Source: a virus. From it: a DNA stretch of 39,460 bases. The DNA is taken from IMG/VR virus record IMGVR_UViG_3300009694_000006, positions 1-39,460 of that record; one strand, given 5' to 3'. Position 1 is the stretch's first letter. Every line of letters begins with the position of its first letter. Under the pieces are notes generated by a model. That model saw only the letters and a program-made list of their open reading frames with translations. It ran no database searches and was not told the DNA's origin. Shown here in pieces: positions 24,162 through 33,605 of this stretch. The position numbers were made by a program, and so were the translations under genes.

Positions 24162-25498
24162 AGCAAATAGTTAATGAAAAGTATATTGATATGTTTCCTA
24201 TACCAAAAGGAATCCGCTATGTTATCTTAATTGGTGGACGAGGTGCTGGACGTTCTACAGTATCATCACAATATAGCTTAGCCAACTTAGTGGCTCCTAA
24301 TTATTTTAGAGGGGCTTTTATGCGTTCTGTATATGCTGATATAAGAGAATCATGTTATAAAGAAATAACAGATAGAATGGACGAGCAGGAAGTTACAAAT
24401 AAAATGAAAATCAATGATAACGAAATGGAAATAACTTATGGACTCAATAGTCTAAAAGCTCATGCATTTCGTAAATCATCTTCAGGACACTCAGCTAAAC
24501 TTAAATCGTTGGCATCATACAATCAAGTATGGATAGAAGAAGCTGAAGAAACAGGTGAACAAGAGTTTATGACACTAGACGATACCTTAAGAACGACAAA
24601 AGGAAACATTAATATCATTTTATCTCTTAACCCTCCATCAAAAAATCATTGGATAATATCAAGATGGTTTGACTTATCTCAAGCATACGAAGAAGATGGA
24701 ATTACTCCAATCAAAGGATTTTATACTCTTAAACTTAAAGACGATGTTAAAGATGTCTTATTTATTAATACAAACTACAAAGATAACATCGTTAACTTAG
24801 ATGCTCATACTATACAACGATACGAAAAGTATAAAGAAACTAAACCAGATTACTATTATCAAATGATAAGAGGCTTGGTTCCTGAAACAGTTCGTGGTAA
24901 AATATATAAAAATTGGAAGATAATAGATAGTATTCCACATGAAGCAAGACTTGTAAGGCGTGGGATGGACTTTGGTTGGTTTCCAGACCCTATGTGTCTC
25001 GTTGATATTTACTATTACAATGGCGGTTATATCATTGATGAATTACTTTACGGGACAATGATTAAGAATAGAACTATTGCAGATACGATTGCTATTCAAA
25101 ATGAACCAGATATCTTATGTGTTGCTGACGAAGCTGAACCAAAATCAATTGATGAAATATCTGATCTTGGAATAAATATTGAAGGATGTCCGAAGGGTAA
25201 AGGATCAGTATCATATGGAATCAAAACAGTTGCAGGATTAAAGATATCAGTTACTAGACGCTCAAAGAATGTTATTATATCATATGAAAATTATGCTTGG
25301 AAAGAAGATAAAGATGGAAATCCAACAGGTGAACCAAGTCATGAATACTCACACGCCATGGATGCTATAAGGTATCCTTTAGTGTCTTTGGTCGATAGTA
25401 GAATGGATCCAGAAAGAGAAGCTAAACAACAGATTGAGGTAGTAGTCAGGCGGGATAAGTATAAAAAAGATCAATCAAGAAAGTTTGGAACATCATAA
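24158..25498 (+). CDS. terL: Terminase large subunit.
   Basis: Walker A GGRGAGRST, Walker B VWIEEAEE, nuclease Asp motifs GMDFGW and HAMDAIRY. The ATG at 24158 is preferred over the TTG at 24140 in the track. Confidence 0.9.
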   Translation: MKQIVNEKYIDMFPIPKGIRYVILIGGRGAGRSTVSSQYSLANLVAPNYFRGAFMRSVYADIRESCYKEITDRMDEQEVTNKMKINDNEMEITYGLNSLKAHAFRKSSSGHSAKLKSLASYNQVWIEEAEETGEQEFMTLDDTLRTTKGNINIILSLNPPSKNHWIISRWFDLSQAYEEDGITPIKGFYTLKLKDDVKDVLFINTNYKDNIVNLDAHTIQRYEKYKETKPDYYYQMIRGLVPETVRGKIYKNWKIIDSIPHEARLVRRGMDFGWFPDPMCLVDIYYYNGGYIIDELLYGTMIKNRTIADTIAIQNEPDILCVADEAEPKSIDEISDLGINIEGCPKGKGSVSYGIKTVAGLKISVTRRSKNVIISYENYAWKEDKDGNPTGEPSHEYSHAMDAIRYPLVSLVDSRMDPEREAKQQIEVVVRRDKYKKDQSRKFGTS

Positions 25499-25499
25499 T

Positions 25500-25528
25500 T
25501 TGGAGTTTTAAAAAAAATATCTTATAAT
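25500..25528 (+). promoter_or_regulatory. Late promoter family member 2: -35 TTGGAG, 17-nt spacer, -10 TATAAT.
   Basis: Shares the AAAAATATCTTATAATAT block with 20238-20262. The -10 ends 6 nt before the ATG at 25535. Confidence 0.55.
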
Positions 25529-25534
25529 ATATAT

Positions 25535-25852
25535 ATGGAAACAAAAAAATACAAAATAATTGGTAAAATAGAGATAGTAACAGAAGAAGGAAAAGGAACT
25601 GGAAAGTTTCTTGCAAAGAATTCAATTCATGAGATACCTGAAGAATTAGGTAGTAAATGGGTTGAAAATGGTGATGCAATATTAGTAGAAGATAAGTTAG
25701 ATAAAGACGAAGAGAAAACAGATGCTACCGAAATTAAGGTGTATAACAAAGATAATCAGGTAGTAAGAGTTTATAGTAAGGCAGTTCATGGTAAAAATTT
25801 TATAAAGTTAGCAAAGGAATTTACAGTTAAGAAAGGTTATTCATTGAAATAA
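25535..25852 (+). CDS. Hypothetical protein (105 aa).
   Basis: ORF. Possibly translated from a leaderless mRNA. Confidence 0.45.
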   Translation: METKKYKIIGKIEIVTEEGKGTGKFLAKNSIHEIPEELGSKWVENGDAILVEDKLDKDEEKTDATEIKVYNKDNQVVRVYSKAVHGKNFIKLAKEFTVKKGYSLK

Positions 25853-25860
25853 TAATAAAT

Positions 25861-25941
25861 AAACCCTTGTAACACATTTCTGCTTTGCAGTATGTGCTGT
25901 ATGCCTATATCTTACTTACAAGGGTTTGGTATAGGCAAACA
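25861..25941 (+). ncRNA. Structured RNA element with interleaved stems upstream of a terminator.
   Basis: S1: AAACCCTTGTAA (25861-72) pairs with TTACAAGGGTTT (25916-27). S2: GCCTATA (25903-09) pairs with TATAGGC (25930-36). Inner hairpin CACAT..CTGC-TTT-GCAG..ATGTG at 25873-25896. Confidence 0.4.
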
Positions 25942-25968
25942 GTGGATACTACAAATATCCACTTTTTT
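25942..25968 (+). terminator. Intrinsic terminator.
   Basis: GTGGATA, loop CTACAAA, TATCCAC, then TTTTTT. Confidence 0.8.
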
Positions 25969-26015
25969 ATTAGAGCTGACAAGCTCGCTAATCAACCGAA
26001 AGGTTAAAAAATATT

Positions 26016-26633
26016 ATGGATGATAATCTAAAGCCTACACAGGAGGAATTACAAGAGGAAGAGAATGCTCTTAAAGAATCCAAAGTAGACGAAATTCGTA
26101 GCTCGGTAATCGAGAAATACGGATTAGAAGAAGGAGAAAACGATGAACTTATCGACAAGTTGACAAAAGACATTGTAGCTCAACAAAAGTCTTTTGGTAA
26201 AGTGGTCTCCCAGAAAAAGTCTTGGAGAGAAAAAGCTCTCAATTCTATAAAGAAAGAGGGTGTAAAAAAAGAAGATAAGAATCTTACCCCAGAGGAAATT
26301 CGCCAACAGGCAGAATCTGCTATTGAGGAAAAGTTTATCAAACGAGATTTAGACGATTTAGAAGTTTCTGATACTCTTAAAGAAGAAGTTAAGAAACTAG
26401 CTAAACTTAAAGGTCTAAGTATTCGTCAAGCTTTTAAAGATCCTTATATTGCTTTCCTAAAAACTCAAGAAGACAATGAGAAGAAACTAGACAAATCAAT
26501 TATTACGGGTAAAAAGAATGGAAAACCTACTCTCGTTGATCCTACCAAAGCATTAAATCCTGATGACTTTGACTTTTCTACAGCGGAAGGACGAAAAGCA
26601 TGGGAAGACGCGAAGAAAGCTAAAACAAAATAG
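26016..26633 (+). CDS. Putative scaffolding protein (205 aa).
   Basis: Highly charged helical protein directly upstream of the capsid gene. Confidence 0.5.
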   Translation: MDDNLKPTQEELQEEENALKESKVDEIRSSVIEKYGLEEGENDELIDKLTKDIVAQQKSFGKVVSQKKSWREKALNSIKKEGVKKEDKNLTPEEIRQQAESAIEEKFIKRDLDDLEVSDTLKEEVKKLAKLKGLSIRQAFKDPYIAFLKTQEDNEKKLDKSIITGKKNGKPTLVDPTKALNPDDFDFSTAEGRKAWEDAKKAKTK

Positions 26634-26686
26634 TTTATCATAGTTATTGGTTGTCTATTAAAATATTATAATTAATTTTATTAAAA

Positions 26687-27880
26687 ATGGACGACATAAA
26701 ACTAGAATTTTGGGGAGACATGCAGAAGACTCTTTGGGTTGAAAACTCAGCTTTGAATGTTCTCTCTAATAGCCAACTAGAGGGCTTAATCTCTACAGAT
26801 GGACGTAAAGCACACAAGCCAGTAATTTCATTACCACATTCCGGAACTTATACCCCTTACGCAGATATTTCTTTCAATAGAAAGACTGCTTCAAAACAAA
26901 CACTTGAAGTTAATACTTTCTCTTATGCCGCAGATGAAATAGATATTACAGACAAGAATCAAACAAGATATCCTTTGACCGAAACTGCTGCATCTGACCA
27001 AATGAAGACTCACAATAACAAGATTGAACAACTTGTTATGAGCAAGATTTCTGGAGCTACTCATATTATTCAAGGAACTGGTAATACAACTTTAACAGTT
27101 GATACTACAAGTATTTTCGACATCTTTGAAGAGTCTGATACAAAGCTTGGTTCAGTAGATGCTCCTTTTGAGAATCGTATTGCTATCTTTGGACCTCACG
27201 TTGTTGCAACAATCCGAAAAGCAAAGTCTCAAAGAGAGACAGGAATGGGAGATATGATACTTGCAAATGGTATCGTAGGATCTTGGAACGGATATAGAAT
27301 TATTCAAAACAATAACTTGCCTTACAAAGCAACATTGACAATGGATACAAATCCAACAGCAGCTGATACAGTAACGATTGCTGGTGTTACATTTGAATTC
27401 GTGGCAGCTTTGGCAAACGTTTCTTCAACTTCATACATTGCAGTTGTAATTGGAAACGCAGTTGCTGATACAAGACTTAACCTTAAGAATGCTATTATCG
27501 GAAATGCAGCTACAAAAGATTCAACTTGGGCAGAAGCTACTGGTTCAGTTGGAACAAATCATCGATTTGTCCTTTCTGAAAAGAGAGGAATTGCAATAAC
27601 AAATGCTGAAGCTATGGCTTTAACTGGTTATGGTGATATAGTTGTATCTGAAACATTTACAGCGGCAACAAACGTTTGGTCAGCACAAGAACAAACAGCA
27701 ATAATGGGTGTTGCTGGAATGATAGACTTAGTTCTTCAAATTCAAGAAATTGAAACAACTAAGAAAGAAAAAGGTTTTGCTGATCTAGTAAAATCTTTGA
27801 TCGGTGTTGGAACTTACATGTTTGACGACGGTGCTCGTGTCGCAGTGAAAGTTCGTGTTAATGCTAGTGCTTGGAAATAG
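26687..27880 (+). CDS. Putative major capsid protein (397 aa).
   Basis: Size, position after the scaffold-like gene, Ala/Thr/Gly-rich soluble protein, followed by stable hairpins. Confidence 0.55.
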   Translation: MDDIKLEFWGDMQKTLWVENSALNVLSNSQLEGLISTDGRKAHKPVISLPHSGTYTPYADISFNRKTASKQTLEVNTFSYAADEIDITDKNQTRYPLTETAASDQMKTHNNKIEQLVMSKISGATHIIQGTGNTTLTVDTTSIFDIFEESDTKLGSVDAPFENRIAIFGPHVVATIRKAKSQRETGMGDMILANGIVGSWNGYRIIQNNNLPYKATLTMDTNPTAADTVTIAGVTFEFVAALANVSSTSYIAVVIGNAVADTRLNLKNAIIGNAATKDSTWAEATGSVGTNHRFVLSEKRGIAITNAEAMALTGYGDIVVSETFTAATNVWSAQEQTAIMGVAGMIDLVLQIQEIETTKKEKGFADLVKSLIGVGTYMFDDGARVAVKVRVNASAWK

Positions 27881-28004
27881 ACTAGAACCTAACCTTTATG
27901 GGTTGGGTAAGGTGCTAGAAGGTCGATATTCTAGCATCACATCCAACTCATAATCGGTAAGTGATTATAAATTATTAATCCTCTCGAAAGAGACAAAAAT
28001 ATAT

Positions 28005-28310
28005 ATGAAATTTTTAAATCGTGGACTTAAAATAAAATCAGGAAATGAAAAAGCATTAATAGCTAACAATGTTACTGCTTCACATCTTGTAGCTTTTGCA
28101 GGAACAGCATCAGGTGGAACAACAGCAACTCGTGCTTATACAATAACAGGAGTATTAGCAACAGATATTGTTACTTGTGCAATTAGAGCATCTCAAAATG
28201 CTACTACAATTCAAAAAGCAACTCTTACTGCTAACACTTTAACAGTTATATTTGCCGCAGATCCTGGAACAGGAACAACTGTTGATTATCAAATTCTTAG
28301 AGCAATTTAA
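28005..28310 (+). CDS. Small Thr/Ala-rich virion protein (101 aa).
   Basis: Position in the structural operon. Beta-rich composition. Confidence 0.4.
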   Translation: MKFLNRGLKIKSGNEKALIANNVTASHLVAFAGTASGGTTATRAYTITGVLATDIVTCAIRASQNATTIQKATLTANTLTVIFAADPGTGTTVDYQILRAI

Positions 28311-28321
28311 CTTAAATTTAT

Positions 28322-28663
28322 ATGTACACATCATTAAAAAGATTAGCTAGTGGAAAAGGATTAGGTAATACAAATTATACTCTTTCTACTACAATAGGGA
28401 AAAAGCTACTCATAGATGAAGTTGTAGTTGCTTATTCTGCTGCACCTACTCAAACAGGAGTTACAATCGCCTTAGATTCAGGTTTAGGGGCTGACTATGA
28501 TGCAACCCTTTTGGCTGGGACAGCAAATGCTCGTTATACAGTTTATCCAGTAGATCTTAAAACACCTTTTATTCTTTTGGAAAATGACTCATTAAAAGTA
28601 ACAGCACCAGCAGGAGGCGGAGTAATAACAGCTACAATTAGTATCATAGGTAGAGAGTTATAA
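28322..28663 (+). CDS. Small virion protein (113 aa).
   Basis: Position in the structural operon. Confidence 0.4.
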   Translation: MYTSLKRLASGKGLGNTNYTLSTTIGKKLLIDEVVVAYSAAPTQTGVTIALDSGLGADYDATLLAGTANARYTVYPVDLKTPFILLENDSLKVTAPAGGGVITATISIIGREL

Positions 28664-28665
28664 TT

Positions 28666-28923
28666 ATGGCAACGTGGATAAACAAACTTAAACAACTCCT
28701 TATAGGATTTTTAGGAACCCACGATAACAAGTATATTATAACGGATAAAGGATTGAAGATTATTATTTTCGATAGATCTTTTCTACAAAGTTTAAAGACT
28801 GCTACCAGCTTTAGTAGTAAAAGCAAAAATATTACATCGTTTACAAACAAAGATATTAACTCAACTTCTTTCACGAATAAGAATAAACATAGTTCAATTT
28901 GGAGTAACATAAATAAATCATAG
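28666..28923 (+). CDS. Low-complexity Ser/Asn/Lys-rich protein (85 aa).
   Basis: ORF with repeats ITSFTNKD and STSFTNKN. Tightly packed before the fibre gene. Confidence 0.3.
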   Translation: MATWINKLKQLLIGFLGTHDNKYIITDKGLKIIIFDRSFLQSLKTATSFSSKSKNITSFTNKDINSTSFTNKNKHSSIWSNINKS

Positions 28924-28924
28924 T

Positions 28925-31900
28925 ATGGACAACGATAAGATACAAATTAAAGACTTAGATACCGAAACTCCAGTAGCCGAAGATTACTTAGTTTTTCAGA
29001 AAGCTACTGGAGATAACGAAGTATATAAATCTCCTAAATCTGAGATTGAGGGACATGATGCTTACGTATACATAGCCTATGCAGATGCTGATGATGGAAC
29101 TGGATTTACTCTTGTCTTTAATGCAACTAAGGATTATATTGCTATTCTATCAAGTGAGATTGAAATTCCTTCTCCTGTAGTAGGAGATTTTGCTGGTTTA
29201 TGGAAAAATTATAAAGGAGAACATGGAGATGCCGCAACAAACGATGTAGGAACAGTAACTAAACTAGCACCAGATGCTACTCCAACAATAGTTAATGTTG
29301 GAACTATTTATCACGCTATTTATGATTTTGGTATTCCTAAAGGTTCAACAATTTATTCAACAGTAGGAATTCCAGATGTATCAGTTGGAATGAATGGAGA
29401 TTGGGCGTTTGATACTTCAGTTAATTCTTATGTTTACTATAAATCAGCTGGAGCTTGGGCACTAGTTAATAGTAACAAAGGTGCTCAAGGTGATACAGGT
29501 GCTAAGATTGTCAGTGTTGTATTCTCTGGCAATGATATGGTATTTACCTTAGACGATTCTACAACTGTTATATTAACTGATGCTAAGACAGATTTAAAAG
29601 GAGATACAGGTGCTAAGATAATTAGTGCTTCTTTTGTTGGAAATGACTTAGTTTTTGTCTTAGATGACTCATCAACAGTTACATTAGTTGGTGCTTTAAC
29701 TTCTTTGAAGGGAGATAAAGGAGATACTGGTAATCCTGGAATGGTTTGGAAAGATGTTTATGTAGGTGCAACAACTTATGATATCAATGATGTAGTCTAT
29801 TATCTTGGAAGTTCTTATATTTGTATTCATGAATCAACAGGAAACTTACCTACAGATATTAATTTTTGGAATCTAGTTGCTATAAAAGGTGATCCAGGAG
29901 CCGGATCTGGAGATGTATTAGGACCCGCAAGTTCTGTTGATGCTAATATTGTAATATTTGATGGAATTACAGGTAAAATTATTAAAGATAGTTCAACAAA
30001 AGTTTCTGATTTAGCAACTATCACTCAATTAAATCTTAAACAAACAGCATTTCCAGGATTAGACGAAACAACTCCAGTAACAATTTCAATAGATTATACA
30101 ACTAGAATATTAACTGTTACACCAATAGGAGCATCTTTTAATGTCTTTACTGATGGAGGAGGTGTAACAACTAAATATACAAAAATTGGAGCAGTTAATT
30201 TTCCTGCTTTTACAGATACTTCAGGAATATGGTATTTTAGTTTTGATCAAAGTGGAAATCCAATAGCTTCTCAGACTGAGCCATCTAGTTATCGTATCTA
30301 TGCTCCTATTTATCGTATTCTTTGGAACAGCACATTAAGTGGTTCTGCTAAAGCTATTACAGAAGCATATGAAATTCACCCAAATAATATCTCTGGTTCA
30401 GATCATGATTGGAAACATAAATATGGTGCAGTATGGAAAAGTGGTGGAATTTTAGCAAATTCTGCTCTTGCAGTAGGAACACCTAACGCAAGTGGATTAA
30501 ATACTTGTGTAGGATTAACTACATTGGTTAATCTTGATGATAACTTAGAATATACAATAACTAATTCAACTGGAGGATTAACTTGGCAACAAGATTTAGG
30601 AGAGGTAACTCCTGCTAATATAACAGTATCGAATAGTGCTTTGATGCAAATTCGTTATCAAAATGCTAGTGGTGTCCAATTTATACTTCCAGCTACAAGA
30701 TTTCCATTTGATTTTACAAGTAATGTTCCTAATTATATAACATCAACAGGGGTAAGAACTCCAGTTCCAGATAAAAGATTTTTCGTTTATTTTATAACTT
30801 CTATTCAAGACCCTAGAAATGGAACAGCAATTAAATTATGGTCAGCTCCTGCTAGTTATGGAACAATTGTAAATGCTCGTGCTGTAAATTGGTCTGATAT
30901 GCAAGCTACATATCCTGTTGTTGCAGATAAAGAAGTTAGACCTCTTTATAGAATGATTTTTGAATATAGAGCTTCTTATAGTACAGCTGTAAAAGGTTCT
31001 GTGTTAAGAGAAGTTCAAGATATAAGAGTTGCTCAAGTAACAGCAACAACTGCTTCAACTGGTTCAATGCCAGCTTCAAGTGTAACTTTTGTTCCTATTG
31101 GAGGTATTTCATCAACAAATGTTCAAAGTGCTTTAGAAGAGTTAGATACAGAAAAAGTTCCTTACACTGGTGCAACAAGTGCAGTAAATTTAGGTGCTCA
31201 CAATCTTACTGTTGATACAAATACATTGTTTGTAGATTCAACGAATCATAGAGTTGGGATAGGAACTACTTCACCATCAGCATTATTACATGGAGTTGCG
31301 GGTGTTTCAGATTTTAGATTTTCTCAAGGTGCAGCTGATCTTACTCCAACCATGTCTGTTATAAATACTAGTTCTGGAGGTAAAGCTGCTGCTTTGCTTG
31401 CTGGTACATCTGGTTCTGCATTTGATTTTGATTCTTCTGGTGGATTTTATATACAGAGTGATACAAAGGCAAACTTTTTGGCAAATAATCTTGGAACTGG
31501 ATCTATTTTAATGACTGTATTGGGAAGTGGAAATGTTGGAATTGGAAATGCTTTTCCAGCAACAAATCTTGATATCACAGGAACAGGTGGCTCTCCATCT
31601 GGAACACCTTCTTTCCCAGTTAGAATTGTATCTGGAACAAACACTAATCCTGGTATAGTTTTTGAACGAAGTGATGCAAGTAAATTTGTAAATCTTTGGA
31701 CGGGAAGCGGAGCAGCGGTGTTAGGATTTACTGATACTGCTTCAAGACTAGCTATTGGAACTTATTCTTACGCAAATAGATATTCTACTGGTTTCCCAAC
31801 AACTGAAATTTTATCTATTCTTCCTAGTGGTAATGTAGGAATAGGTTTAACAGCTCCAACTGCACGACTTCATTTAACAGCTGGAACTGCTGTTGCATCA

Positions 31901-33343
31901 TCAGCACCATTAAAATTTACATCTGGAGTATTGTTAGACACTCCTGAAAATGGAGCAGTAGAATTCGATAATTCTCATTTCTATGTAACAATAGGAGGAG
32001 TTCGCTATCAACTAGATCAACAAGGTGGAGGTGGAAGATCTGTATTAACTGAAGCATCAAATGCAACACCAAGTATAGATACCAATACTTACAATATGTA
32101 TAAACTAACTGCTCAATCAGGAGCAATTAGTTCATTTACAACAAATTTATCTGGAACACCTAGTGATGGAGATGATTTACGTATTGAGATTACACCTACA
32201 GCTACGTCGTTATCGTTTATAGATGCAACTCAAGCAATTTCAAGTTCGGCAACAGCTTTTTCAGCTACTAAACCAGCAAATACAGCTGATGGAGATATTA
32301 TGTTTGCTATGGTTTCAATTAATAGTTCAACCGCAATAATAACCGCGCCAGCAGGCTGGACTTTATTAGATCAAATACCAGGAAGTAATTATTGCTTATA
32401 TTACAAGATAGCTTCTTCTGAAGGAACATATTATACGTGGAGTTTCTCACAATCTGTAGCACTTCGAATTACAACTAGTACTTTTAGATGTCCTAATTTA
32501 AATACATCTTATCCTATTTCTATAGCTAAATACAGAAGTTATAACGACGGAACAACTGCTATAAAATATAGTAATATATTTACAACTAAAACAAATAATG
32601 CTGTTATAGCATTTGGGTTAGCTTATATTAATACAAATGTAACTTTTAATCCACCTTCGGGTTTTACAGAAGATTATGAGCAAGGAGATACTACTACAAG
32701 ATTTTGGCATGAAATTTCACATCAGTTGTATTCTACAACAGGAGATACAGGAGAAATTCAAGGAACTCTATCAAATAGAGTTCCTAAATATTCATGGATA
32801 GTTGTATTAAATACATCAATTAATATAACTTGGGGAACATCCTTTGAAGGGTTAAACTATGATTTACCAACTTCTATCTCTGACACTACTGTTATTGATT
32901 TACAGTGGAATAGCACAAGAGGAAAATGGGGAATGATAGGAGGAAGCAATTTTAAACCAAATTATGGAAATACTAAAACTTCTGGAATATTTATGAGACA
33001 ACTTAATACTCCTTCAAATACTCAATATATTTATCATGGATTAGGAAAAGCGCCAAAACGAATTAAATTTAGTTGGAAATTTGCTAGTGATACAGATAAT
33101 ATAGCTATAGGAGAAGGAATATGGACTTATTCTTCTGAACAGTTCTATCAATTAGCTTATGTTGATGCTTCAGGCAGTTCTAGTCAACTTTATGACTCTA
33201 CTTCAGCAATAAATATTAGAAATTCTTTACAATATTGTTGCGCAGTTGTTATATCTGTTGATTCTGAAAAAATCAGATTAGATTGGACATTTAATACTGG
33301 GGCAAGTGGTACTGGTGTATATATTATATGGGAAGCCGAATAA
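28925..33343 (+). CDS. Tail fibre/spike protein (1472 aa) with short collagen-like G-X-Y runs.
   Basis: GAQGDTGAK, KGDTGAK and KGDKGDTGNPG triplets. A 37-aa tandem repeat. Long Gly/Thr/Ser-rich beta-type sequence. Confidence 0.7.
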   Translation: MDNDKIQIKDLDTETPVAEDYLVFQKATGDNEVYKSPKSEIEGHDAYVYIAYADADDGTGFTLVFNATKDYIAILSSEIEIPSPVVGDFAGLWKNYKGEHGDAATNDVGTVTKLAPDATPTIVNVGTIYHAIYDFGIPKGSTIYSTVGIPDVSVGMNGDWAFDTSVNSYVYYKSAGAWALVNSNKGAQGDTGAKIVSVVFSGNDMVFTLDDSTTVILTDAKTDLKGDTGAKIISASFVGNDLVFVLDDSSTVTLVGALTSLKGDKGDTGNPGMVWKDVYVGATTYDINDVVYYLGSSYICIHESTGNLPTDINFWNLVAIKGDPGAGSGDVLGPASSVDANIVIFDGITGKIIKDSSTKVSDLATITQLNLKQTAFPGLDETTPVTISIDYTTRILTVTPIGASFNVFTDGGGVTTKYTKIGAVNFPAFTDTSGIWYFSFDQSGNPIASQTEPSSYRIYAPIYRILWNSTLSGSAKAITEAYEIHPNNISGSDHDWKHKYGAVWKSGGILANSALAVGTPNASGLNTCVGLTTLVNLDDNLEYTITNSTGGLTWQQDLGEVTPANITVSNSALMQIRYQNASGVQFILPATRFPFDFTSNVPNYITSTGVRTPVPDKRFFVYFITSIQDPRNGTAIKLWSAPASYGTIVNARAVNWSDMQATYPVVADKEVRPLYRMIFEYRASYSTAVKGSVLREVQDIRVAQVTATTASTGSMPASSVTFVPIGGISSTNVQSALEELDTEKVPYTGATSAVNLGAHNLTVDTNTLFVDSTNHRVGIGTTSPSALLHGVAGVSDFRFSQGAADLTPTMSVINTSSGGKAAALLAGTSGSAFDFDSSGGFYIQSDTKANFLANNLGTGSILMTVLGSGNVGIGNAFPATNLDITGTGGSPSGTPSFPVRIVSGTNTNPGIVFERSDASKFVNLWTGSGAAVLGFTDTASRLAIGTYSYANRYSTGFPTTEILSILPSGNVGIGLTAPTARLHLTAGTAVASSAPLKFTSGVLLDTPENGAVEFDNSHFYVTIGGVRYQLDQQGGGGRSVLTEASNATPSIDTNTYNMYKLTAQSGAISSFTTNLSGTPSDGDDLRIEITPTATSLSFIDATQAISSSATAFSATKPANTADGDIMFAMVSINSSTAIITAPAGWTLLDQIPGSNYCLYYKIASSEGTYYTWSFSQSVALRITTSTFRCPNLNTSYPISIAKYRSYNDGTTAIKYSNIFTTKTNNAVIAFGLAYINTNVTFNPPSGFTEDYEQGDTTTRFWHEISHQLYSTTGDTGEIQGTLSNRVPKYSWIVVLNTSINITWGTSFEGLNYDLPTSISDTTVIDLQWNSTRGKWGMIGGSNFKPNYGNTKTSGIFMRQLNTPSNTQYIYHGLGKAPKRIKFSWKFASDTDNIAIGEGIWTYSSEQFYQLAYVDASGSSSQLYDSTSAINIRNSLQYCCAVVISVDSEKIRLDWTFNTGASGTGVYIIWEAE
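29489..29710 (+). repeat. Two tandem 111-nt (37-aa) repeats inside the fibre gene.
   Basis: Units start ggtgatacaggtgctaagat (29489) and ggagatacaggtgctaagat (29600). A third G-X-Y start is at 29711. Confidence 0.8.
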
Positions 33344-33378
33344 TAACATTTAAAAAAATTATTAATTAACTTATAAGT

Positions 33379-33600
33379 ATGTCAAAACTATTAACAGAGA
33401 TAAAAGAAAATTGGATCCTAATATTATTCGTTGGAAGCTTAATTGTAGGTTGGACTACTTTTAACAACCGTTTAACAGTTGTCGAAAGTGAGACTCAAGA
33501 AAACACTGAAACATTATCACAAATTGCTACAATGAAAGAAGATATCGCTGTTATTAAAATAAACGTCGAATATTTAAAAGATAATATTAGAAACAATTAA
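33379..33600 (+). CDS. Membrane-anchored coiled-coil protein (73 aa).
   Basis: N-terminal TM segment WILILFVGSLIVGWTTF followed by helical sequence. Confidence 0.4.
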   Translation: MSKLLTEIKENWILILFVGSLIVGWTTFNNRLTVVESETQENTETLSQIATMKEDIAVIKINVEYLKDNIRNN

Positions 33601-33605
33601 AATAT

